Assembly: GCA_051294375.1 (NCBI GenBank)
Contig: CM119263.1
Location: 5,206,740-5,270,739 of the forward strand
Reading direction: 5' to 3'
Length of the DNA: 64,000 nt
From: Paraspadella gotoi
Taxonomy: Eukaryota; Animalia; Chaetognatha
A model generated the notes under the pieces. The model saw only the letters and a list, made by a program, of their open reading frames with translations, was not told the origin of the DNA and did not search any database. Made by a program: the position numbers and the translations under genes. Position 1 is the first letter of the stretch. Each line of letters opens with the position of its first letter. This document shows positions 36,601 to 46,838 of the stretch, one piece after another.

Positions 36601-39600
36601 TCCGGTGACGTGCACGCCCACTTGACGGACGTCGTAGAAGGGGGGATGAGAAGCCGCAAAAAGAACCAGTCCATGGACGAAAACCGGGTCTGGAGAAACT
36701 GACGCGGACGAAGCAACGGCCGAAAGAGCTGTCGGGCGATCAGTTGGCGTCCTTGACGTCCCTGGAGTCCCGCCCCTACGCTTGGGAGGCGGCGAAAACT
36801 TGCGAGCCAGTAGGGACGGCGAGCGGGATTACGCGGACTGCCACGCCATGCTTGCGGCTAACAGAACTGGCGCAATAGTGAGGCGCCCCGGAGCGGAGAA
36901 GCGAAGAATGGAACGCTTGAGTGACGTCTGTGGAGCGGTCTCCGAAAAAGAACGACGTGGAGGGCGGAGAACTGGACAGAATTGTCTTGAGATCCGAAGG
37001 GGCAGCGTCGACAACTAAGCGCCGAGACTCGAGAGGGCCAAAAAATCGCCGCCAAACCCGACGAGGGCGTCTCTAAGGGGCTTGGCAAGATCGTCAAGGT
37101 GGCCTGCGTCCACTGCACCGGGCCCCGAGCGAAGGGCCTCAACCATGAGGCGGAGAGCGTCAGCGACAGAAAGGACAGCATGAGCGGACGCTCCGGCGTC
37201 CCTCATGATGCGCTCAAAAGCCTTGAAAGCGCGCGTCGTCTTGGAGTCCTTCCGAACGGCGTCGAACTGAGCGGCATGGCAACTCTCTTGAGCAGAGGAC
37301 GAAATCCGCCGGCGAAGAGACATCCGACCAGCGCGGAAACGCGTATAGGCGGAAAGAACGTCCCACGACGGTAAAGAACGTCGTCCTGGCCAACTCTGCG
37401 CAAAACCCTCCACTGCTGTAGGACCCACTCCGAAGGCTGTACAGAAGCACGACGAGACAAGAAGTTGTCCAACCCCGCAGCAGAAGGAAGAGCGCGTCGT
37501 CGGACTTGCGCAGATGGGGCTCGACGAGGAAGGCGTGACGCAGTCACCCGCTCGGAGCGTGAAGGCCGATCCGCGCCGAAGAGGCCGCCAAAGAAGCGAA
37601 GACTCCAAGTCGCTGCCGTACAACGAAGACCGACGAAGAACGGCGAAATGGCGAACAGAGGCGTCCAAGAACCATGAAGAAAACGTACATGGAAAAAGAG
37701 AAATCATTGAAAAATGACAGTCTCAAAAAAAGAACCCCAAAAAACACCCACCAAACAAGACAAGCGAGCCTGAGCCGCCCTCCACCACCGGTGGTGCCGG
37801 GTGGACGGTGGGTGGTTGTTGTGGGAAGAACCATGAAAGAATCCCGTTTCCACTTGGAACCATAAATTCTATCATGTAGTTCTTCCCCACACAACAAGTG
37901 AGCTGTAACAAGACCAGGCGAAGGCCCGACAAAAACAAACAAACAAAGTCGAGTTAGGTGGGGCACAGGAGGAAAACCCTCTGTACGCCGAAATGTACGC
38001 CAAAAAAAGGCGAAAAAAAAAAACGAAAAGAAAGAAGAACTCACCGCCGAAGACTCTCCAATTTGGAACGAGACGAGCGGCGAAACTCCCTAAATTCGCG
38101 ACGAACGCTAGAAAGAGCGTTGCTAATTTGGAGAACTGCCTCCATCTGAAGGGGCATGACTTCGGCCTGACCAGAAAAGCCCGGAATGGCTTGATGGTGG
38201 AGGCGGTGGAGGCGGCGGCGAAGGCGGCGGCGGAAGAGACATAGGGTAGTCGAGTTGAAAACACGCGCCTCAGTCCAAAAAAACGGAGAGCACTGGACAA
38301 ACAAGGGGCCGAAACAAGGTTCTTCCCCCTGCAGCCGTACTAAGCGCCGTGGGCAAACGAGAGGGCCGAGTCGCGCGCTCTTCCCTCCGCAGCCGCGCAG
38401 GGTGCGTCGAGGGCAAGCGAAAGGCCGAGTCAAGGCTCTTCCCTCCGAAGCCACGCAAAGAAGACGAAAAAAGATGGCGGCCGTGAAGAGAAACTTCAAA
38501 GCCACGTGTCGAAGAATATCTGTATTCTGAACTCCAAAAAAAAAAAAAAAAAAAAAGGAACGAAAAAATATGCAAAATTATTCAAAAAATAATCAAAAAT
38601 ATTTTCGTAAAAAGCCGGGAGACTGTGAGCGCAAAAGCGCGAACAGAAGAAGTGATTCTGTCTCGTGTCGGCGTACTGAGGTAGCGTACGGGAGGGGGAA
38701 GAGAAGGCGGGAAGAGGAGGTTTCTCTTTCGTTTTTCTCTCGGGAGATGTCGCGTTTGCAGAGCAGATGCTCACTTGTTGGTGGGGAAGAACTACATGAT
38801 AGAATAAGAAGGGAAACGAGAGAATATGTAAGAGAGGTTAGAGGGGAAATGAGAATAAAACAAGATAGGTTCATCCAATGCGTTGCGCCGCAGTAACTTT
38901 ATTAATCACATATGATAAGACATGAATACAAAACTTTCTTAACCCGAGTGTTTATGACATGCACAGCATCAAAATTAGGTCTTTTATTCCTTATAGTTTA
39001 AGATTTCCTGAAGGAGGAGCTAGCAGTCCTTTAGATTTGAGATCTTTTTCTGTCTTCACAAATGAGCTGTAGACTATAGACTATAAACTATAGACTATAT
39101 TATAGACTATTATAGACTAAACTACAAGCGAATTATATAAATTAGGGGACAGACCAACGGACAGACATACCAACCGACAGACCGAAAAGTTAGTAAAAAT
39201 GAAATGAATGAATAAAATGAAATGAATTGAATGAAATGATTTGATTCAAATGAAATGAATGAAATTAATCGAATGAATGATATAAATTTAAATTTATAAT
39301 AAAATAATAATTAATTAATTATTTAATTTAAAAATTAAATAGTTAATTAATATTAAAATCGTTTTCCACTTTGTCTCGCCTATCAATTACAAAACAACAA
39401 TCTTGATCACAAAATTAATTAATAAATTACAAAACAATTAATAAATTACTTAATGATTAATTAATGCAGCTTGAATTTACATTTAATATAAAAAAGAATA
39501 ATAAAATAGTGAAATTTCAACTAATTTCCACTTGGACGATTCCATCGAAACTTGATTTCTTTCTTAATCACACACTTTCCTGATGAGCGGGGATTATAAA

Positions 39601-40390
39601 ACAACATACTAAAACCCCGACGATGGCTAGTTAATATTATTACAATCTGTGTGAAAGTAAATTATGATTAAACAGAACAATGAAGTAATAATGAACGGTA
39701 ATGTTTGTAAACAAATAGTGATTGTTTAAAATTTAATACACTTTTACAAAAGGAAAGCGAGCAAAAAATTTCAACGAGAGTTTATGTCCAACATTCCGAC
39801 CCACATAAAAAAATCTTAAAAGCATAAGGATCGTCGCAATTGCATAATAAAAATATCTGGATTAACGACAAATTTTGATACTAAAAAAAATCAATTTTGA
39901 AAAAAAAATAATAATTTATAAACAGAAAGAAAAAGAAGAAAAGAATAAATAAAGAATAGAAAGGAAAGAAAGAATAGAAAAAAAAGAATAGAAAGGAAGG
40001 AAAGAAAGAATAGAAAGGAAAGAAAGGAAAGAAAGGAAAGAAAGGAAAGAAAGAAAAGGAAAGAAAGGAAAGAAAGATAGAAAGGAAAGAAAGAATAGAA
40101 AGGAAAAAAAGAAAATTAATTTATAAACAGAAAGAAAAATTCTATTTTGCGATTGTCAATTTACAGTTAGTTTCTGAAAAAAAAAACCACCTTTTTCATT
40201 GTCAAAAGAATAAATATAAAACAGTAAAATAACTTATTTTCGAGTTTAATTTTTACCAAGTGCTGACGAAGTGAAGTAAAGACTAAAGTGAAATAAAAGC
40301 CCGATGTTACTATAGCAAAATGATAACATGCACGAATGCGATGCCTAATTTTACGAGTTCAATCCCAATTCAATTTTTTTTTAAATAAAA

Positions 40391-40437
<47 letters not shown>

Positions 40438-42580
40438 AAAGAAATCAAATGGCAGCAGCAGAAGCAGCAGGAGAAAAGAGAGAAAAAGAGAGAGACCCTG
40501 CAGAGCCAGCTGCAGACTCAAAAGGCAGCAGTAAAAGCAGCAAGAGAAAATAAAGAAAAAGAATAAGCCCCTGCAGAGCCAGCTGCAGACTCGTTTTTTT
40601 TCCCTATGATTATGAATCAGTGAATAGGGAAAAGAGAGAGGGAGAGAGACATGTAATTAAAAGAAAAAAGAGAGAGAGAGAGAGAGAAATATGAAAATAA
40701 AAGAGAGAAAATTTGTTTGTTTTGATAAAACGTAAACAAAACATATTTGATAACTGTCCAGACTCAATTTTAAGCACATCGATGATGAGAAGATGTATAT
40801 AAATTTTCAGCTTCATAAACCCAAATTTAATCATAAAAAAGGCGATCTATAATTTGGAACGCCGACGACGACGCCACTTATGCGCAAAAGTGTTACAATA
40901 TCGTCGCAAACGCTTAGCGATTGCGACGATAAAAATTCAAGTCAATCGCCCCATTAGTAATTGGCGTTCAAAGCTGACAGACAGACATTTTTTTTCATAA
41001 TTTATCATAATTTGATATTTTGAGATGATGTCAGTGACTTACCGACAAGATTTTGGGGTAGGACAGACAAAGTGGATTATAGAGCCGGAATCGGCTGTAA
41101 GCAAATGTTCAACTTCATACAATTGCACACTTTTATAATAAGACGACGTCCCAAAATCATCCCAAGTGCAAGCAATTACGACGATAAAAACCAAGAATTT
41201 AAATAAAGTTGCAATTTAAAACGGTCAAAATGGTATAAATAAATAGCTTCTTACCATGGTATTGTATCCGGCATCGTAGATGGTCAGCTCGTCCAGGACT
41301 TCTGAATACATATCGATGAGACTTTTCTTCATCTTGCTGGCTGCGGCGTTTTTCTGCTCCTTGAGGATGATCTGTCGCCGCAATTCTCGATTTTCATTCT
41401 CCAGTCTTTCGATTTCTTTTTGAAATTTGGCGGAGATGTCGAGGATCTCCGATTGGAGGCTGGCCACTTTGGCGTTGGCGTCCATGAGCCTCTCGGCGAG
41501 ATCCACCCGACGAGCCTCTTGCATCTCCGACTCAGCCTCCAAGGAGACAGCCTTCTCCCTTTCCATCTCCAACCTGGCGTTGGCTCTCTGAAGATCCAGT
41601 TCCAATTTGACCAGGTTGGTCTTGTCGTCCTCCACGTGCTTCATGATCTCCACCATCTTTTTGTGTTCCCTCTGGACGATTTCTTCCTCGAAAGCCTTCT
41701 CGACGCTCTCCTTCCAGTTCCTCTCAATCTCATCCGCGACTCGAACTCTTTCGTCCTTTAGCTCCTCTTCCATTTTAGCCTTCAACTGAAGCAGAATTTC
41801 TTGCTCCAGTTGAAGGCGAAGCAGAGGCTCCAATTTCTCCTCTACCTCGTTCGCTATCGCTGGCTCCATCTCCCGTCGTAACGACTCCTTCAGTCGGGGC
41901 TCCAGCTCCGCCCGCACAGCCGATTCCAACTCTTTTCTCCCTCTTTCGTCGGCAGAGGCGCTTCCGGTGGCGGCAGCGGCGTTGTTATTGGCGTTTCCTC
42001 CGACGTCGAGATTTTTGAGGAAGGGCAGCGGCGCGAGAGGCAAAGTCACGGAATCAGAATCGCCCGCGGCGCCTCCGCCGAACAGTGATCTCGCTGTGGC
42101 TTTTCCCCAATCGACGCTTCTTTTAATCCAACCAGGATTTTTTTCTCTATTGGCTTTATACTCTTCCACACTCAGTTTCAACCGATTGATCTTCTCCTGC
42201 AATTTGCCCAAGTTGGCGTCTTTGTCCAGCCAGCCCAAGTCGGGCAGATTTTCCTTAAACTTGTCAATGTTTTTGTTAACGGTGTAACCGCCGTAGCCGA
42301 CGCCGGCGCCGACGGCGTAGCGCAGCTTCAAGACGCGGCCGAGAGCGCGCGCCGCTTGCGTCCATATTCGACGCTCGGTCGGCGTCGAGGGATGACGGTA
42401 GGGATCGCGTAGAAAACGCGCGGGAGGCGGGGCACGAAGCAAGGCCGGCGCGAGGGCGCTGTAGCGAGAACGGAGGCGAGGGGCCCCGCGGTGAAATAAA
42501 AAGGCGGGTAGGGAATTAGGACGCCGCGTCCAAGCGGCCATCGTCTGGTGAAGGACCTGGGGGTTGAGAATCGGCCGCAT
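33627..42580 (-). CDS. OPA1: Mitochondrial dynamin-like GTPase OPA1, 4 exons (42580-41254, 35889-35717, 35651-35476, 35386-33627)
   Basis: [100 protein letters not shown]. Confidence 0.95.
36381..38804. mobile_element. Non-autonomous DIRS1-like (tyrosine-recombinase retrotransposon) element in OPA1 intron 1
   Basis: ~140-bp ITRs (36419-36560 / 38650-38792). An internal complementary region (~37816-37903) equals the reverse complement of the joined termini. AGAA at both ends and at the ICR junction. No RT or YR motifs seen. Confidence 0.8.
39925..40112 (+). repeat. Purine-rich microsatellite (GAAAG/GAAA)n
   Basis: Visible AAAGG/AAAG/AATAG repeats. Confidence 0.85.
40398..40432 (+). repeat. 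(AG)n microsatellite
   Basis: Perfect AG run. Confidence 0.9.
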
Positions 42581-43183
42581 CGTGAAACCTTTGCTTATAA
42601 AGTCGAGTTTGAATACCTCAACATGATTTACAACTATTAATCTAAGTTAAATAATAAAAGAAACCTGGATACAGGAAAAAGTATTGATAATATTGATTAG
42701 ATCTGACAATCTCAGGATTAAGTTTTAATTAGCTGCTCCAAAAATCTTCATATTTAGAATAAGATCGCAGCAAAACTGTAAATTGTTCACTCCTTTAAAA
42801 TGAGATAAGTCAGCAATTTATTTTCCTGAGAATCGTTGGTATTATTAAAACAATGAGTTCAAACATTGCTTTTCCAAGATTGGTCTTTTTTCTTATTGTT
42901 TTAACTTTTAGACAACCATATCGAGAGAGATGGAAACGGAGCTCAAGCCACAAGAGAGTTAACCGCTGAAATAGAAAAAAAAGATGAATTACTAAAAACA
43001 ACATTTAAGGAAAATTTCGATATGATCGGGAGAGAAAGGTGTGATATGTCTTGAAATAGTAATAAATAAAAACGAGGTGCAACATGAATGGGTTGAAGTA
43101 AAATGGGTAAAGATTTTTTTAAAAATGCTTACGATATGTAAGGAGTGTAAGAGGAATCACTGTAAAATGAGTAGAGCATTTAT

Positions 43184-44497
43184 CTAATTTTTGTATCTAA
43201 TGTTGTACTTTCTCATCAGAACTCCAAAATTCTTTTGCATCTTCCAACGAATCAAACTTTTAAGATTCTTATACTTGGAGGTGGCCTTGTCTCCCGGCAA
43301 CACCCCTTCGCCGTGCAGCTTCTGAAGGTAAGGCAAACAGGCCCAGAAGCTCTCGAACACCGTGGCGAAGAACTGTCCCGTCTGAGGATCTTGAAGGTGG
43401 AAGGGACAGAAGGTCGCCGCCGTTTTGGATAGTTCATAGATGAGAGAGTGAAGAAGTTTGCTACCGGGCGAGTCCTTGTCCAAAATGATGCTGGGGGAGG
43501 TGATGGTGTTGATGTATTTTAACTTTTCGCTTTTCTCCAAAAAGTCCTCTACGTCCCACTCGATGGCAGCGCCGGGATCGAGTTGGCGTCCCACGCCAGC
43601 GTCGAACGCCGCCGCCAAATCCGGCGCCGCGCATTCGTAGTTTTCGTTGCCGTCGACGTCGGTGGCATCGAAAAAAGAGCGCCCGTCCAGAAGGAAACCG
43701 GCGTCCAGCGTCGCCGATTCGACAGCGTCTTCGCGGAGGGTGATCACTTCCACGTCCTCTTTGAGACACACCTGGAAAATGAGGAAGAGATAAGAGAATG
43801 TCACAGAATAATGATAATTCCCTATTAAGTATATCAACCACACAAAATTTCGTCCCAAACTTCTTTTCCAAACTCGCGATTACCTGCAGCTCGGGTTCGC
43901 ATCCTTTAAACTTTTTGGCCTCCGAAACATCGCGAGTTTCCAGCGATTTTCGCTTTTGTCTTTTCTTAGGGAGAAGCTGCGAGTTGGCGTCGGCGAGGAT
44001 CGGTCGCGCGGAAGCCTAAAAACAAGAAACCTTGAAGACAAATTTTCAATGCATGTTTATTGATTACTATCGTTTATTCATATTTATATTTTCCGTAATT
44101 CGCCAGTGTTGCGACGCATTAACTTTCTTTTAAAAATATTGAAAGATTCGAAAATAAAATGTAAAAGGTTAGTCAACAAGCAAACCGACCGACCAAAAAG
44201 TGATTCATAGATTTTCTCGCGACGCAACTACGAAAATAATTCTTCTACCAAAGGGACGGAAGCTTTATCGAAGTCGAGATGGACGTCCGACTCCGTGGTC
44301 CGTAAATGTCCGCTCAAGTAAGCGTCCGTGAGACGACGACTTCCGGTGAATTTTCGCTGGACTTGATTTTCGACGAGGACGAAGATGGACAAGTCGGTGA
44401 TGGCGGCCAATTTTGTGGCGAAGTCGAGGATGATGGAGACCATCGAATTCTCCATGAACTGGAGTTGAGTCACCAGATTCTGCAGGTTGTGATTCAT
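43184..44497 (-). CDS. Orphan family paralog 1 (MADS-like N-terminal fold plus conserved C-terminal helical domain), about 3 exons
   Basis: N-terminus aligns by eye with the 51273 and 52362 proteins (NL..LVTQ...FA.KL...TDL..F.L.EN...R...GSRRL..Y); the last exon aligns with their C-terminal SL.Y..K......P motif. Confidence 0.7.
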
Positions 44498-44584
44498 TTT
44501 GTCGTCTAAAAAAAATTGATTAAAACGGACTCGACGAAAAGATTTTTTTTTTTTTTTTTTTTGGGGGGGGGGTTTCGAACATTA

Positions 44585-45226
44585 CAGAAGGCTTCATATT
44601 ATAAAATGTGGTACCCCTTTTTTGTGACCAGAATCTGTTCCCACCAAACTACCCAATCAAATTTAATGAAATTTTACATTTAGAGTGCTAATGACTATAT
44701 AAATGGAACTATCGAGGCGAATTTTGATATTCAACCCCTGACAAGAGATACAGGGCCCTGGGGGTGGACGCCTGGGGGATCAAAAAATGCGAAAATTTTT
44801 TTTTATTTTTCAATTTTTTTTAGTAGCATCAGGTGCATTGACGTTTTAAACATAAGAAAAAACATTTTAGAACTAAAATTGAATAATTTGCAATAATTAA
44901 GCATGGTTTAAGATGCATGGTTCATCATTTTACTTCCAATTTTCCCAAATTATTCCAAATCTGACTTTAACTGCTGATGTTCATGAAGCTAAAAATTAAG
45001 GTAAATGAATATTTTTGAGGTAATAAATACGTTTTTGTGGAAGAGTAAACGTCTGTGCAACTGTTCAGCTTAGGGGTGGAATGTAAAAATTCGCCTCGAT
45101 AGTTCCATTTGTATCACTACTGGTACTCCGCATGCAAAATTTCATTAAATTCTATTCAGTAGTTTTCTCGGAACGTGTTCTGGTCACAAAAAAGGGGTAC
45201 CACATTTTACAATATGAAGCCTTCTG
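44585..45226. mobile_element. TA-flanked MITE (CAGAAGGC TIR family), intact copy
   Basis: Near-perfect ~50-bp TIRs and TA TSD. Confidence 0.85.
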
Positions 45227-45329
45227 TATATAACAATAAAACGATATTCGTCACAATTTTAAAACGAATAAAGATTAAAAATAATAACAAATAACAGAGA
45301 TACGATTAACTCATATTATGTCAGCAGTT

Positions 45330-46316
45330 TTATGCCTTGACGAGTGTATTAAAAGTAAGAAAGGAAGCGCATCCGGCGACGGGGCATCGCGTGCGTAATC
45401 TTCCCTTTTTGCAATCGGCTCGGATCAAAGAGAAAATGGCCTCAGCTTCGTAGATGTGACCGCAGGAAGGATTCTTCTTGGCGAAATTAAAAGGCTTCTT
45501 GGTGATTGGGCACACATTGACGATCCTATGGGAGAGAACGCAAAGGCTCGAGTCGAGGCTTCCCTCGTCGACGGGGACTTCCTTCAACCCGGTCTCGACT
45601 TCAGACGGAGAGAGGATGATGACGGAATCATCGTTGCTCTGAGTCTCTGAGGCTTTGTCACCGCGGAAGATAAAAATCTCCTGGATGTCGCTGTCGTCGT
45701 CGTCGTCGTCGGCGGCCAAGTCTCCCGCCTTTTTCGGCGTCGAGAAATTCGACACTAGGGGAAGCAGAGGAGAGAGGAGAAAGGGTTTAGGGAAGTCGGC
45801 CGCTCTAAACGGGGTCGAAGTGGTCGGGGGAATGGGGTGGGGAGTGTCGGCTCTCTCCGGGACATTCGGCGAATGCGGAGGAGAATAAACGGGCTGCGCT
45901 GAGCCGCCAGTCCATCTGTTCTGCGCTTGAAGGATCCTCGCCCTCTCGAGCGTGAGGGCGTGAGCTTCCGGTATTTCGAAGCGATTTTGACGCGGAGCTC
46001 TTCTTCGCAGATTCGTGGCGGCGCAAAATGGATATTTTTCGGCGCGAAATTGATCACTTGGGACGTCGAGAAAGCGCCCTGTGGTTTCGCGCATCCGCTG
46101 CGCGGCGGTAGGAATTCTATCTTCGACGGGATCGTGGCGGCCGACAGTGAAGAAGCGTGGCGTTTCGCCGCGGTTCGATGGACGCCACGAAGTGGCGAGA
46201 GATAAAACGGCGACTGAGTTCGCGGCAAAGGTTTGGGCATTGGCGGCGGCATCATCAAGGGCGAAGGATCGAAGAAGACCGCGGGGCGAGGAAGGGATCG
46301 TCAAGCGCGAAGACAT
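45330..46316 (-). CDS. Nse2/MMS21-type SP-RING protein with disordered N-terminus (putative SUMO E3 ligase), intronless
   Basis: C-terminal CPITKKPF...NPSCGHIYEAEAI...CPVAGC; SIM-like DDDSDIQEIFIF and DDSVIILS. Confidence 0.75.
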   Translation of the reverse strand: MSSRLTIPSSPRGLLRSFALDDAAANAQTFAANSVAVLSLATSWRPSNRGETPRFFTVGRHDPVEDRIPTAAQRMRETTGRFLDVPSDQFRAEKYPFCAATNLRRRAPRQNRFEIPEAHALTLERARILQAQNRWTGGSAQPVYSPPHSPNVPERADTPHPIPPTTSTPFRAADFPKPFLLSPLLPLVSNFSTPKKAGDLAADDDDDDSDIQEIFIFRGDKASETQSNDDSVIILSPSEVETGLKEVPVDEGSLDSSLCVLSHRIVNVCPITKKPFNFAKKNPSCGHIYEAEAIFSLIRADCKKGRLRTRCPVAGCASFLTFNTLVKA

Positions 46317-46838
46317 AGTCTTGGTAAAATAATTTTTAAATTGGCCCTGTAAAAATAATGTGTAAAAAAAGTTCTTTAAAAGGGTGTCAACGACAATAAT
46401 GTGCGAATGTAAAACTATTTTAACCACGGTAAGTACGTCAGCTTTCACCATGTAAAATTTCACCACCCCCAAGAAAAGGCACGATTAAAAAAAATTAGAT
46501 AGTCTTACAATAGTCAATAAAAACATTATGTAAATGAGATTCCAAATAGGACAAATACAATAAAAAACCGTCCACCGTCCAAAACAAGATTACTATCGAA
46601 ATAGAAAAAACGCGTATAAACGTGTGTAAAACTAAATTGTAAAAATAAGTACTTAGGTCAGATACACAAACATGCCGTATTCTCACTATGTCAGAGTGAA
46701 AATAAAGTACTCTTAGGTAAATATTACCGTCATAAGATTCAAAACCAATACGAATTCCCCTCCGAAAAACAATTTTTTCCCCCGTTTTCTCTGTTTTTTG
46801 TTTTTATTTTCTTGTTTTTGTTTTCCGTTTTGTTGTTT

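Noticed and set aside
39570-39660. Hammerhead-like CTGATGAG followed by a GCGGGG/CCCCG stem
   Set aside because: The required GAAA after stem II is missing and stem III cannot be built; at best a decayed remnant.
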